Of a DNA stretch of 64,000 bases, positions 51,698-62,832 are shown in pieces. The translations under genes were made by a program, and so were the position numbers. The notes beneath the pieces were generated by a model. It saw nothing but the letters and a program-made list of their open reading frames with translations. It was not told the DNA's origin and searched no databases. This stretch comes from an uncultured Gemmatimonadaceae bacterium. GTDB lineage: Bacteria > Gemmatimonadota > Gemmatimonadetes > Gemmatimonadales > Gemmatimonadaceae. Position 1 is the first letter of the stretch, and each line of letters begins with the position of its first letter. The stretch spans positions 352,001 through 416,000 of the forward strand of contig CAWHHI010000008.1 of assembly GCA_963829055.1 (NCBI GenBank). Direction: 5' to 3'.

Positions 51698-52521
51698 CCG
51701 GGCTCCTCCGCTCGCTGCTCGAGTCGTTGTACCTGCGCCTGTTCGTGCGCCGCGTGTTCTTCCGGGCCAACCGGTTCCTGCACGATCTCACGTTGCACGG
51801 TCTCGGGGTACTCAACCACGATGACGGCCGAAGCGGCGAGACCGTGCTGCTCGATCACCTAGCGCGGATAGTCGCCGCGCCGGTTGTCGTGGACGTTGGG
51901 GCCAATGCGGGCGACTACGCCGCTGCGGTCCTGGCGCGCGCGCCGCGGGCCCGCGTGCTCGCCTTCGAGCCCCACCCCGCCACGTTCGCGCGCCTGCTCG
52001 GGCGCGCCGCCGCCGCCGGTTTCACGGCGCACAACTTGGCCCTCGGGGCAGAGCCTGGCCACCTCGAACTCTACGACTACGACGGCAGTGACGGCACACA
52101 GCACGCCTCGCTCTACCGCGAAGTGATATCGACGATCCACCACGGCGGCGAGCCGCTGGCGATGCAGGTGGAGGTGGCGACGCTCGACGACCGGCTGCGG
52201 CGCGAGGGCGTGACGCACGTAGACCTCCTCAAGATCGACACCGAGGGCCACGAACTCTCGGTGCTGCAGGGAGCGCGTGAACTGCTGGCAGCCGGCGCCA
52301 TCGCGGCGGTCGTCTTCGAGTTCAACGAGATGAACGTCATCAGCCGCGTCTTCCTGCGGGACTTCTATGACCTACTGCCGGGGTACTGCTTCTACCGTCT
52401 GCTCCCCGATGGCCTAGCGCCGCTGGGGCCGTATGTGGCGCGGCAGTGCGAAATCTTCGCCTACCAGAATATCGTGGCGGTGCGCGACGGCGGGCCGCTC
52501 GCCCAGCTCCTGTCCGCCTGA
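51694..52521 (+). CDS. FkbM-family methyltransferase
   Basis: VVDVGANAG, AFEP, LKIDTEGHELSVLQGA. Confidence 0.9.
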   Translation: MTGLLRSLLESLYLRLFVRRVFFRANRFLHDLTLHGLGVLNHDDGRSGETVLLDHLARIVAAPVVVDVGANAGDYAAAVLARAPRARVLAFEPHPATFARLLGRAAAAGFTAHNLALGAEPGHLELYDYDGSDGTQHASLYREVISTIHHGGEPLAMQVEVATLDDRLRREGVTHVDLLKIDTEGHELSVLQGARELLAAGAIAAVVFEFNEMNVISRVFLRDFYDLLPGYCFYRLLPDGLAPLGPYVARQCEIFAYQNIVAVRDGGPLAQLLSA

Positions 52522-52527
52522 CACCTG

Positions 52528-53442
52528 ATGGACACACCCGTCGCGTTCCTGGTCTTCAACCGTCCCGACACCACAGCTCGGGTGTTCGCCGAGATCGCTC
52601 GGGCGCGCCCGCGACAGTTGCTCGTCGTCGCCGATGGGCCGCGCGCCGACCGGCCCGGAGAGGCCGAACGGTGCGCGGCGGTACGCGCCATCGTCGAGCG
52701 CGTGGACTGGCCATGCGACGTGCGCACCAACTACAGCGAGCGCAACCTCGGCTGCCGAGGGCGGGTGTCGTCGGGGCTCGATTGGGTTTTCGAGGAGGTA
52801 GAGGAGGCCATCGTCCTAGAGGACGACTGCCTGCCGCATCCAACCTTCTTCCGTTACTGCGAAACCCTCATCGACCGTTATCGCGACGACGAGCGCGTGA
52901 CCTGCATCAGTGGCGACGACTTCCAGCGCCGGGATGCCGGGTGCGCTTGGAGCTATTACTACTCGCGTTTTGTGCATGTTTGGGGGTGGGCGAGCTGGCG
53001 CCGGGCCTGGCGGCATTACGACGTCGCAATGCGCGGGTGGCCCGCGACGCGTGATGCGGGCCTGCTCGAATCGGTGTGGGGCGCGGATCGGCGGGCGGTG
53101 GCGCACTGGCGCTCGATCTTCGACGACGTACATGCCGGCCGCGTGGACACCTGGGATTTCCAATGGGTCTACGCCTGCTGGCAGCAGGGTGGCCTAACGG
53201 CACTACCCTGCGGCAACTTGGTCTCCAACCTTGGCTTCGGAGTAGAGGCGACGCACACCGCAAGCGCCAGCCGGCTTGCCGCGCTTCCGATTCGGGAGAT
53301 GGCATTTCCGCTCCACGCACCTCCGTACATGCGGGCGGACCCGTTCGCCGACCACTTCACGCAGCATCGCATTGTCTCCGATGAGCGAGCCGTTCGTCGT
53401 CTCAAGCAGTGGGTCCACCGCATGCTCCGCGCGCGCTCGTGA
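52528..53442 (+). CDS. GT-A nucleotide-diphospho-sugar transferase (HlpA-like)
   Basis: PVAFLVFNRPD, ADGPR, IVLEDDC, WGWASWRRAW, TWDFQW. Confidence 0.88.
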   Translation: MDTPVAFLVFNRPDTTARVFAEIARARPRQLLVVADGPRADRPGEAERCAAVRAIVERVDWPCDVRTNYSERNLGCRGRVSSGLDWVFEEVEEAIVLEDDCLPHPTFFRYCETLIDRYRDDERVTCISGDDFQRRDAGCAWSYYYSRFVHVWGWASWRRAWRHYDVAMRGWPATRDAGLLESVWGADRRAVAHWRSIFDDVHAGRVDTWDFQWVYACWQQGGLTALPCGNLVSNLGFGVEATHTASASRLAALPIREMAFPLHAPPYMRADPFADHFTQHRIVSDERAVRRLKQWVHRMLRARS

Positions 53443-53655
53443 GGTCTCGCCAGCGAGGTTGTACAAATCGCGGAGATTTCCGGGAGATCTTCCCCGGGGG
53501 CTCGGTCCGAACGACGTCATCAACAATATCGGCACCAGCCCCGGGCCCCGGCGCGCTCGATCGTCGCGCTGCTGTTTCCGGAATCTCGAACTCGTTCCTG
53601 GGACGCGCGGTTCGGCCGCCAGGCGGCCGACTAGGGAGTCCGGAGGCGGGCTCCG

Positions 53656-54369
53656 TCAGCCTCCGGCCCGGAAGAAAATTCCGTCCATCTGGAGCATCCT
53701 GCCGGATACCGGGTCGCCGAAGCCGGGCTCGACGGACGCCAGGGTGAATCCCATCCCGGCCAGATATCCCAACATCTCGAGATAGGGCATCTCGTTGTTG
53801 TACAAGGGCTCGATGGACATTTCCAACTGGATCCCCAGGATGTCCCTCATCGAAAGGGATGCCCCTTCTAAGATCTTCCTTTCGTATCCCTGGGCGTCGA
53901 GCTTGAGGAAGGTGCGGTCGCCCTGCCGGTGGTACTTGGAGAAGACGCTGTCCAGCCGGGATACGGTGATCTCCTCCTTGCCGACATAGGCCGATTCGGG
54001 GGCCGATTTCAAATGCGCGGGCAGCATATCGAGGAGTGAACTGCTCTGGGAATTGCCCGCGATATTGATGGTCGCCCGCTCGTCACGATCTCCGAGCCCG
54101 ATATTCACGACCTGCCAAAGCGGATCCGCTTCCGTGCTCGCCTTGAGCCGCGAAAAGGCCGACGTCAGGGGTTCGAAGGACACTATCCTTCCGCGATATC
54201 CGCCTTCCCTCAGGGATGCCGCATACTGTCCGACATTGGCGCCGACATTGAATACGAGGTCGATGCGGTTGCTTTCCAGCAAATGCATCCGGCGCGCGAC
54301 CGGAGATGAGGTCGGCCTGTACCTCTCCACCTCAAACCCGGCCTTCCTCAACCATGTCTTTAGGCGCAT
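53656..54369 (-). CDS. FkbM-family methyltransferase
   Basis: VGANVGQY, SFEP, LKLDAQGYE. Confidence 0.9.
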   Translation of the reverse strand: MRLKTWLRKAGFEVERYRPTSSPVARRMHLLESNRIDLVFNVGANVGQYAASLREGGYRGRIVSFEPLTSAFSRLKASTEADPLWQVVNIGLGDRDERATINIAGNSQSSSLLDMLPAHLKSAPESAYVGKEEITVSRLDSVFSKYHRQGDRTFLKLDAQGYERKILEGASLSMRDILGIQLEMSIEPLYNNEMPYLEMLGYLAGMGFTLASVEPGFGDPVSGRMLQMDGIFFRAGG

Positions 54370-54473
54370 TTGGCGAAATGCTAGTCACCTGCCGGGAACC
54401 ATGCAAGCGGACGCGGACCCGCGCGACCTTCGCCGGCGCATCATGGCCACGGTGCCGCGGATGAAGACCATCT

Positions 54474-55583
54474 TCACCGCCGGCCTCCGCCCGCGGCCGC
54501 GCAGTACACCTCGTAGGTGGCGCGCGCGCACCGGTCCCAGGTGAACTGTGCGCTGCGCACCCGGCCGCGGGCGCGCAACTCGTCAGCGTGCGCGGGCGAG
54601 CCCACCACTCGCTCGATCGCCGCAGCGATGCTCTCCGGATCGTCGGCGTCGCACAGCTCCGCCGCGTCGCCCACCACCTCGGGGAGAGAGCTGTTCGCGG
54701 CGCACACCACGGGGCAGCCGCGGGCCATCGCCTCGAGCGGCGGGATGCCGAACCCCTCGTAGCGCGACGGGTACACGAAGGCCGCAGCGAAGGCGTACGC
54801 CGCGTCGAGCGCCGCGTCGTCGCCGCTCATCTGAACCACCGCCCCCTCGTCGAGCCCCATCTCCCGCACGAGCGCGCGCTCGGCCACGCCGAGCGGCCCG
54901 CCGCCGAAGGCAACGACCCGCACCCCCGCCCGCAGCGCCGGCGAGCCGGCGACGGCGCGGAGTAGCCCCTCGAAGTTCTTGTACCCGCCGCGCGGGCCCA
55001 CGTAGAGCACGTACGGGCCATCCACGATCGGCCGGGTCGGGCGCACCGCCGGCACCGGTGCGCCGGCCAGGTGCACCACCGACACGAGCTCGGGGTCCAC
55101 GCGCAGGCGCTCGAGCAGGTCGCGCCGGGTGCTCTCGGAGATGCAGATCACCCGGTGGGCACGGCGCACCGCCGCCGCCTTGCGGGCGGGGATGGAGTCG
55201 TTCGGCGAGAAGTACTCCGGGAAGCGCTCGTGGATCATGTCGAACACCGTCACTACACACGCCGCCCGCCGCGGGGCCACGCGAAGACGCGAAAAGTACG
55301 TTTCGTGCACCACGTCTGGACGGGCAGTGGCCAGCCACCCGCGCGCGAGCACGCCGTTGAGAAGCATCCGGAGTCGCGCCGTGTGGCGGATCGGCGGCAC
55401 GTGCCGGCCGACAACCATCGAGGGTGGAAGTTTCGCGAGGTACTCGTTCACGTAAACCGGGGCGAGCACCGTCACGTCGCAGCCGTCGTAGCCCGCAAGG
55501 CGCTCGGCCACCTCACAGAAATAGCGTGAGACGCCGCCATGCTGCTGAAACGAGAACACCTGGTGGTCGAAGACGAGCTGCAC
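54474..55583 (-). CDS. GT4 (group 1) glycosyltransferase
   Basis: QQHGGVSRYF, YKNF, YPSRYEGFGIPPLEAMARGCP. Confidence 0.92.
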   Translation of the reverse strand: MQLVFDHQVFSFQQHGGVSRYFCEVAERLAGYDGCDVTVLAPVYVNEYLAKLPPSMVVGRHVPPIRHTARLRMLLNGVLARGWLATARPDVVHETYFSRLRVAPRRAACVVTVFDMIHERFPEYFSPNDSIPARKAAAVRRAHRVICISESTRRDLLERLRVDPELVSVVHLAGAPVPAVRPTRPIVDGPYVLYVGPRGGYKNFEGLLRAVAGSPALRAGVRVVAFGGGPLGVAERALVREMGLDEGAVVQMSGDDAALDAAYAFAAAFVYPSRYEGFGIPPLEAMARGCPVVCAANSSLPEVVGDAAELCDADDPESIAAAIERVVGSPAHADELRARGRVRSAQFTWDRCARATYEVYCAAAGGGRR

Positions 55584-55590
55584 GCCGGCT

Positions 55591-56460
55591 CTACCCCTGC
55601 TTGCGAGCGAGGAACGAATACATGCGCCCCGGGTTCGGGCGCTCGAGCCGACGCCGCACGAGCGAGACGACCGCCGGTACCCGCGCGGCGGCGGCGCCGA
55701 GCGCCCCAAAGCGCGCGCGAAGGCGGGTGCGCGGCAGCTCGCGCAGCTCAGCGTCGCTTCGGACGGCCGGGAAGGCGTTGATGACCGAGTCCCATGGGCC
55801 GAGCATGCGCTCCAGCCGCAGCCCGGCCCCAATGATCGCCCCCTCGTACTGCGCCAGCCGGTACGCGTTCTCACCGCCGGCCAGCCGGTGCACGGGGTGC
55901 TCGGCCAGGAAGCGCTGGAGCCCAGCGTCGTCGTCCACCACGTGCTCGCGGCAGGCCAGGAAGATCCCCCCAGGGCGCAGCACCCGGGCACACTCGTGAA
56001 GCGCGGCGGCGAGGTCGCGCGTGTGGTGGAGCACCTGCCGCGCGTAAACGATGTCCGTGCTCGCGTTGGCGAGGGGGAGCCGCTCGGCGTACGCCGCGAC
56101 GATCTCGATCGCCTCGCCACCGGGGAGCCGGCGGATCGCGCCCTGACCCACTTCGTCGCTCGGGTCCGGCTCCAGCGCGACGGCGCGGGTGGCGCCGTGG
56201 GCGAGGAAGGCGTGCGAGGCGATTCCCGTCCCGGCGCCGAGATCCGCCACCACCGCCCGGCGCAGGGCGGTGCCGAGCAGCGCGCGCACTTCGGCGAACT
56301 CGCCGGACGCGGCGAACCGGCGCGCGGAGTCGGCCACGTCGCGCCCGAGGTAGGCGTCGCGAACGAGGTCGGCGAACGCGGGCTCGGCGCGCAGCCGGCG
56401 CACGGCGTCGTCGAGGCGCATCGCGCCGGGCGCGTGCGGGGGAGGGACGGGAGAACTCAT
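55591..56460 (-). CDS. Class I SAM methyltransferase
   Basis: ADLGAGTG, VLHH, ARVLRPGG. Confidence 0.88.
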   Translation of the reverse strand: MSSPVPPPHAPGAMRLDDAVRRLRAEPAFADLVRDAYLGRDVADSARRFAASGEFAEVRALLGTALRRAVVADLGAGTGIASHAFLAHGATRAVALEPDPSDEVGQGAIRRLPGGEAIEIVAAYAERLPLANASTDIVYARQVLHHTRDLAAALHECARVLRPGGIFLACREHVVDDDAGLQRFLAEHPVHRLAGGENAYRLAQYEGAIIGAGLRLERMLGPWDSVINAFPAVRSDAELRELPRTRLRARFGALGAAAARVPAVVSLVRRRLERPNPGRMYSFLARKQG

Positions 56461-56912
56461 CGGCGAGCGGGGGACGGGCGCGATGCGGGCATCGGGAGCT
56501 CGCGCCGCGACATGATCGGCAATAGGGTTGTTTATGGCAATGAGATCGCGAATTCGGGGCACGTACTCGCGCCCCCCTGTCGCATCAGCGCATAAGCCGC
56601 GCGGGGCGTCTGCTGGGCGAAAATGCTATGGAGCGTGATCACACGGGCACGGGCCGGTCAAGCGCGGCGCGAATGCGCGGCCTCCGTGGGCGTGAACAAC
56701 GTCGGCTCCATGAGCCCGTCGCCGTCGTACGACGACGTCAACCGAGCTGCATGTCGACGAACGGACGCGGTCCCTACGGCGAATCGGCATTCTCGCGGGA
56801 GGTAGAGGGCTTTCGGATCTCGATTGACGAACGATGGTGCGCCGCGTCGTTAGGGTCAGCGATAGTCGTCGCCTTCTAACGGGCAACTTGAGATCTCGAG
56901 CAGTCGTCTCAT

Positions 56913-57785
56913 TCACCCGAAGTCAGTCCAGCACATCCACCGTACCCGCCGGAAACCGTAGAACGGCGCGAGGAGCAGAATGATCGTGCACTCGTATGGG
57001 TAATAAACGAGTCCGAATAAGAGCCCACGATGCCGGCGTCGGATCCGCTCCATCGGGTAGCGCAACAAACGGTGCCAGTAGGTCAAGGGCACTCGCTCTT
57101 TCACATACCGATGATAGATAGTCTCAAACTCTCTCGTAATCTTGATGCCGCCTGCTGTCGTCTTGTTGGTTTCGCTGAATCGCATTTCCGCCAGGATGTC
57201 CGCAATGAAATGCCATCTCGCCCCCTGTACGACGAAGTAATTCCAGAGCTCGAAGTCCATCATATAGTGCAACGCCTCGTCCAACGGTGGACTCCGTTTG
57301 AGCAGCGACCTGCGATAGTAAATGGCCTGTTGCGGGATTTGGTTCATGCAAGGAAGCAACTCGATGCTCATCGGCGACGGGACTTCGACGCGATTCAAGC
57401 GGGGGTCGGGATAGGTAAACCGGCAGGAGCCGGCAACCACGTCGGCCTCAGGGTTTTCGATGAAGGCTCTTGCGATCGTGTGGAGCGCACCAGGCAGCAG
57501 CACGTCGTCGCTTGGGAGCCAATTGACGATTTCACCTGTTGCTCGTGCGAACCCTTTGTTGATGGCGTGAGTCTGTCCCCGATCCTTTTCGCTGATCCAC
57601 CAGGCGATGTGCTGCTCGTTTCTGCGTATCACCTCCACGCTATTGTCCGCGGAGCCGCCGTCTACCACCAGAATCTCGAGGCGCGGATACTTCTGGTCGA
57701 TCAGGCTGCGGAGGGTCGCGTCGATCGTAGCCCCGCCGTTGTAATTCGGGACGACAATCGAAATCGAGGGAAGCGTTGCTGACAT
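56913..57785 (-). CDS. GT2 glycosyltransferase
   Basis: ISIVVPNYN, VDGGSAD, AINKGF, SDD. Confidence 0.9.
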   Translation of the reverse strand: MSATLPSISIVVPNYNGGATIDATLRSLIDQKYPRLEILVVDGGSADNSVEVIRRNEQHIAWWISEKDRGQTHAINKGFARATGEIVNWLPSDDVLLPGALHTIARAFIENPEADVVAGSCRFTYPDPRLNRVEVPSPMSIELLPCMNQIPQQAIYYRRSLLKRSPPLDEALHYMMDFELWNYFVVQGARWHFIADILAEMRFSETNKTTAGGIKITREFETIYHRYVKERVPLTYWHRLLRYPMERIRRRHRGLLFGLVYYPYECTIILLLAPFYGFRRVRWMCWTDFG

Positions 57786-57789
57786 GAGG

Positions 57790-58636
57790 CTACTGGCTAA
57801 GACGGAACCCTCGGATCCTGCCAAGGCACGTCGTCCAGTGAAACCGCGTCTCCTCACCTGCGAGCTTCAGCATCGCAAGGACCGTCCGACCCGCCGGCAC
57901 ACCGAAAAACAACACGCGCCACCACATCGGCATCGGGTGTTCGCGCAGCATTCGTCCATCACCGAGTGCATAGCTGTAACGCTTGACGCGGCTTTTTTCG
58001 TCGAACGAGCGAAATATCCTCGGGTGATGGATCTGCAGATGCTTTTCATACCGGACCTGAAATCCGTTCTCTATGGTCCGGAGCATCAAGTCGTTGTCCT
58101 CCCCGCCCCCCCATGGCGTGCCAGCACCGCCACCGAGCGACTCGTCGAATCCACCGATTTTTCGCAATACGCGTGAGCGATAGACGCATGCGAAGCAGAC
58201 GGCTCGCCGCCAACATATCGGCTTCGTCGCTTGCCCCGAGCGATCTCGCCACGGAAGGATTGGACGGCCCGACTCGTCAATTGCCTCGCCGATGATTGCA
58301 TTCGCATCCGGAATCTGCCGCCAGAAGATCATTCACCTGCTGAAGGAAGTCCTCGGGATACCAACAATCGTCGTCGGGAAAGCACACCACGTCCCCGCTA
58401 ATATGGTCGATGCCGAGGTTTCGGGCGCGCGAAGCACCCGGCGTGTCGGTTAGGTACAGATGGCGTATCTCGAGCTTGCCCGCAAAGCCAGCGAGAATCG
58501 GCTCCAGCCGGGTGTCCGGATTTTGATCGACCACAATAACGTCAAAATCCTGATGAGTCTGCGCCTCGAGCGACGCAAGCAGTCGTCCCAGCTCGGCGGT
58601 TCGCCCGACGGTGGCGACAACCAGAGAGATCCTCAT
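57790..58636 (-). CDS. GT2 glycosyltransferase (frameshifted)
   Basis: ISLVVATVGR, VVDQ, SRARNLG, FPDDDC, GGFDE..GED. Confidence 0.88.
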
Positions 58637-58669
58637 CCTAGTGCAGCGTACACGGGTCCACGCTGCACC

Positions 58670-59811
58670 CTATCGGTCGCCGATTACACGCAAGGGTGAC
58701 GACGGCTTCATGGGGGCGTTAGGCCGTTCAATGCCGCGTCCCGCGATTACTTGATGCAGGAAGCCAGGTCTCGAGTACGGATTATCGAACACCTCGATCG
58801 TGATCGGCTCATCCTGCCTAACGGCGACAACGAGCGGGTCACCGGTGATGAGCTCGCGACACGAGAGCTGACCCTTCTGCAGTGGGATAGCGAGGTAGTA
58901 ATCCTCGTCCGTCAAGACGTCACCGGCTGGAAGATCCCGCGTGGCATAAACGCCTCGCACCAGGCTATCGAGATACGCCGTTTCCTTGGGCGGCAATCGC
59001 CGTCGCTCTGCGCTCGACCCGCCACACATCTCCCTGCGCCTTGTGGAATGCACGGAACCACTCGACGATCTGCTCGGGCGTCGAACAGTACGGCGTGATC
59101 GGGTGATCGGGCGTATCGATGTCGATGTGTCGCTCGAAGGTCCGCGCACCCTTCGCATACGCCATCATGATCGATGACGTCCAGTCGTGATACTCGTGCG
59201 TCGAGAATCCGATCGTCACGCCGGGATATCGATCGCGAAGGAAGTCGATCTGATTGATCTCGAGCTCGGAGTCCTCGCTCGGGTACAGTGACACGCAGTG
59301 ATTGATCGCGAGCGGAATGTGACGGTTCTGGAAGAACGTCACCATCGCGTCCATGCTTCGCACCGACGCGCCCCCCGTCGACACGATCACCGGCTTCCGC
59401 GCCTTCGCGATCCGCTCGAGCAGCGGCCAGTCCGTGATGTCCGAGCTCGCGACCTTGATGATCTCGATGCCGACATCCTCACAGAAGTCCACGGACGCTT
59501 CATCGAACGGCGTCGCCAGACGGATGCAGTTGTTTCGCCGAACGGCTTCCACCAGCGTGGCCATCTCATCACGTGACAGCCGAGTGTCGAGCGTCTTCTT
59601 GATGTAGCGAATGTCCTCGCGATGCCGGAAATCCTTGTGCACGAAGGTGTCGACGATCGCGGAACTGCAGCTTGATCGCCGCACGAACGTCGTTGTAGCG
59701 GACCACCGTCGAGAACTCCTTCACGATCCGGAGTCCACGGTTCACATCGCCCCAGTGGTTGTTCGCCAGCTCCAGCACGAACAGCTCGTCGAAAATATCT
59801 CGATTGATCAC
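58670..59811 (-). CDS. NeuB/SpsE-like synthase with SAF domain (frameshifted)
   Basis: LELANNHWG, TPFDE, HCVSLYP, GFSTHE, FERH, RGVYA. Confidence 0.85.
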
Positions 59812-59838
59812 CGGATCCCTCTTCGCATTGGGGTGTGA

Positions 59839-60981
59839 CTACGCCGAGACGTGAGGAACGGCGTACATCACCGTGTCGAAGCCGTAATGCCCATGACTCC
59901 GGAGATAGAAGTCGTACCACGGGCCCATGTCGCGGACGAACAGCGGAATCTCCCAGAGGTGTTCCGGACGATGGTAGACGCAAACTGCAAGGCGCGGGTG
60001 CGACCGGCTGATGAGCTCTCGCGCACCGCGCAGCGCGTCGAGCTCCGCGCCCTCGATGTCCAGCTTCAAATCAGTGGCGAGCGTATTCGGCAGGACGTCG
60101 TCGAGCGCGACCGCGGTGACGATCTCGCCTCCGCTCGCGGATAGGGAGCTCGCCTCGCCTTCCGCCCCCTGAAAGTTCCGATGCTCGAAGTGATCGGCGA
60201 CCGCACACGGCCAGACCGATACCTCGGCACCGCTCTCCCGCGAGAAGCGACGCGCGAATCTCGCGAGCGACGCGACGTTCGCGAGGTCCGGTTCGAACGC
60301 GTGCACGGTATCGACCGGATACCCGAGCTCCGCAATGCTCGCCAGCGTGTCACCGATGAAAGCGCCACAGTCGATCAGCCGCATCGGTCCGCGCGTGAGC
60401 GGCACGTCAGACGGGAAGTACTGATGACCGCTGCACGGCACGGGTCCGGCGTACGCGGCCCAGGACAGGCGGTATCGGACGGTGTCCAGATAGAGCTCGC
60501 GACTCGCCTCGTCGGCCCAGAGACGTGACGCTTCGTCGATCCGGTCGGCGAATGCGCCATAGCTGGAGCGGGTGGCAAGCCAGAAGCGCTCTCCGAAATC
60601 GGCCGCGAACGACTCGTACAATTCGGGGACCCCGACGACCCTCCCGTAGCCTAACGCTTCGAGCGTATCCTCGATCTCGGCCGGATCCGCGTCGCGATTG
60701 AACACCGCCACGACTGCGACCGCTTCGGCGCGCTCGGCAAGCGTGAGCGGCTCCTCGCCGGGCGAATAGACGAGCACGCCATCAATCGGCGGGCACATGG
60801 CTGCTCGCCGATCGAGCGCGCAGACGATGTCGGCGTTGGCCGCACGCAGGACGCGAATCGCTTCGCGCGCGAAGCCACCCGCGCCGTACACCACGACGCG
60901 CTCACCATCGATCGGCTTCCAGGACGATCCCACTGAACGAACCGAATACCGCTGGTCGGTGTGGCGAAGTACCGTGCTCAT
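59839..60981 (-). CDS. FkbM-family methyltransferase with N-terminal GAG domain
   Basis: VYGAGGF, IDCGAFIGDT, KLDIEGAE, CVYH; paralog of 33021..34227. Confidence 0.88.
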   Translation of the reverse strand: MSTVLRHTDQRYSVRSVGSSWKPIDGERVVVYGAGGFAREAIRVLRAANADIVCALDRRAAMCPPIDGVLVYSPGEEPLTLAERAEAVAVVAVFNRDADPAEIEDTLEALGYGRVVGVPELYESFAADFGERFWLATRSSYGAFADRIDEASRLWADEASRELYLDTVRYRLSWAAYAGPVPCSGHQYFPSDVPLTRGPMRLIDCGAFIGDTLASIAELGYPVDTVHAFEPDLANVASLARFARRFSRESGAEVSVWPCAVADHFEHRNFQGAEGEASSLSASGGEIVTAVALDDVLPNTLATDLKLDIEGAELDALRGARELISRSHPRLAVCVYHRPEHLWEIPLFVRDMGPWYDFYLRSHGHYGFDTVMYAVPHVSA

Positions 60982-61018
60982 CCACGACCTATAGTAGTGG
61001 ACCGTGGTGTTCGAGCGA

Positions 61019-62832
61019 CTACTCGGACATGCTCACGGCTGGGACAATCATGTTTTCCAGGAATTCCTCGTCGAGGCAGGAATGGGGCCATGTCCTCGAG
61101 CGGGGCTGTAACCATACGTCCATCCGCGAGTCGCTTCGATGAGACCTTCGGGGCGAATGGTTGAGCCAGGTCGAGCATCATCTCGCAAATGGCTGGGCCT
61201 GGCTCATCCAACGTGGCGCGGATCGCCGACTTCAGCTCGCTATGATCGCACGCGCGACGAAACGGCAAATCGAATCCGTACGCGATTCGCTGAAAGTCGG
61301 GGAACGTCACTCCGCTCTCTGGCCCTGAGCCGACATCGTTCCCGGGGAAGAAATTGCGCTGCGTCTGTCGGATCGAGTGATAGCCGTTGTTGTTGAGCAG
61401 AAAGATCTTCACCGGCAAACCGTAGCCCTTGATCGTCTGCATCTCCTGCAGATTCAGCATCACGCTGCCATCGCCCGTCACGCACACGACTCGGCGACGA
61501 CCACCGCCCACACACGCGCCGATCGCTGCGGGGAGATCAAAGCCCATGGGAGCGCAGCCGGAATCCGAGAACAGCCGCTGGCCATGCTTCAACTTCGCGG
61601 CCTGGAACGTCGTTATGCAGGCGGTGCCATCGCCGGTAACTACGATGTCGTCGGGCCCGAGGGCATCGAATAGCGCGTCGCCAAAGCAGTACGGATTCAC
61701 GCCGTTGGTGCCATCCCAGTACTCCGGCTGCACCACCGGATAGCGCTCCCGACGCGCGCGGCACCAGTCGATCCATGACTGGCGGTCCTGGTCGATGACC
61801 ACGGGCGCGGCGGCGAGCAGCCTAACGACGTCCGCAACGTCGGCATGCACGGGCAGGTCGGGCTTCACCGTGGGCTTCCGAAGCTCGAGCGGGTCGATGT
61901 CCACGATGATCTTGTACGCCTCGCGGGCGAAGTGCTCCCACGCGTAGCTCACCTGCCGAATGTTCAGCCGGCAGCCGAGTACGAGGACGACATCCGCGTT
62001 CTGCACGGCGAAGTTGCCGCCGCGATCACCGATGGTTCCCGGACGCCCGACGAAGAGCGGGTGGTCACTCGCGATGAGGTCGTGCGCGTTGAAGCCGGTG
62101 GCGATCGGGATCTGGAGCCGCTCCGCGAGTGCGACCAACTCGTTGGCGGCGCCGCCGAGGCGAACGCCAGCGCCAGCGTAGATGATCGGCCGCTTCGCGC
62201 CGAGTGATCGCTTCCATGATGCGGGCGCAATCGGCCTCCAGCTGCGCGGCGGGACGTGCCGGCGCTTCGGCCGCGGCGTCGAACCCGTGCAGCGTCGAGG
62301 GGTCAATGTTCGCACCCTGCACGTTCATCGGAATGTCGAGCCACACTGGACCCGGACGTCCCGTTCGAGCCAGGTGGATCGCTTTCTCGATGTGATAGCG
62401 AATGGTCAACGGGTCGGTGACCATCACCGCGTACTTGGTGATGGATTCGACGAGCTTGACGATGTCCACTTCCTGATCGCCCAGCTGGCGCAGAGGGAGG
62501 CCGGTGCTACGCACGAGCGTCTCCCACTTCACCTGGCCCGATACGACCACCATGCCGAGCGAATCGACCCACGCCCCAAAGACGCCGGTGATGGCGTTCG
62601 TGCCACCGGGCCCCGTGGTGACGTTCACCGCCGCGAGCCGGTTCGTTAGGCGGTAATAGCCCTGCGCGGCGATGGCGCACGCCTGCTCGTGGTGACAGCA
62701 GACGTAGTCGAGGCGATCACAGCGGCCGATGGCGTCGTTCAGATGCATGGCGCCGCCGCCAGTCACCATGAAGACGTCGCGGATGCCGTGATCGGCGAGG
62801 GCGGTGGCAACGTAGTCAGCGAGCCGCACCAT
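61019..62832 (-). CDS. ThDP-dependent acetolactate-synthase-like enzyme, copy 2 (frameshifted)
   Basis: FMVTGGGAMHLND, HHEQAC, TTGPGGTN, GDGSVMLNLQE..NNNGY. Confidence 0.9.
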
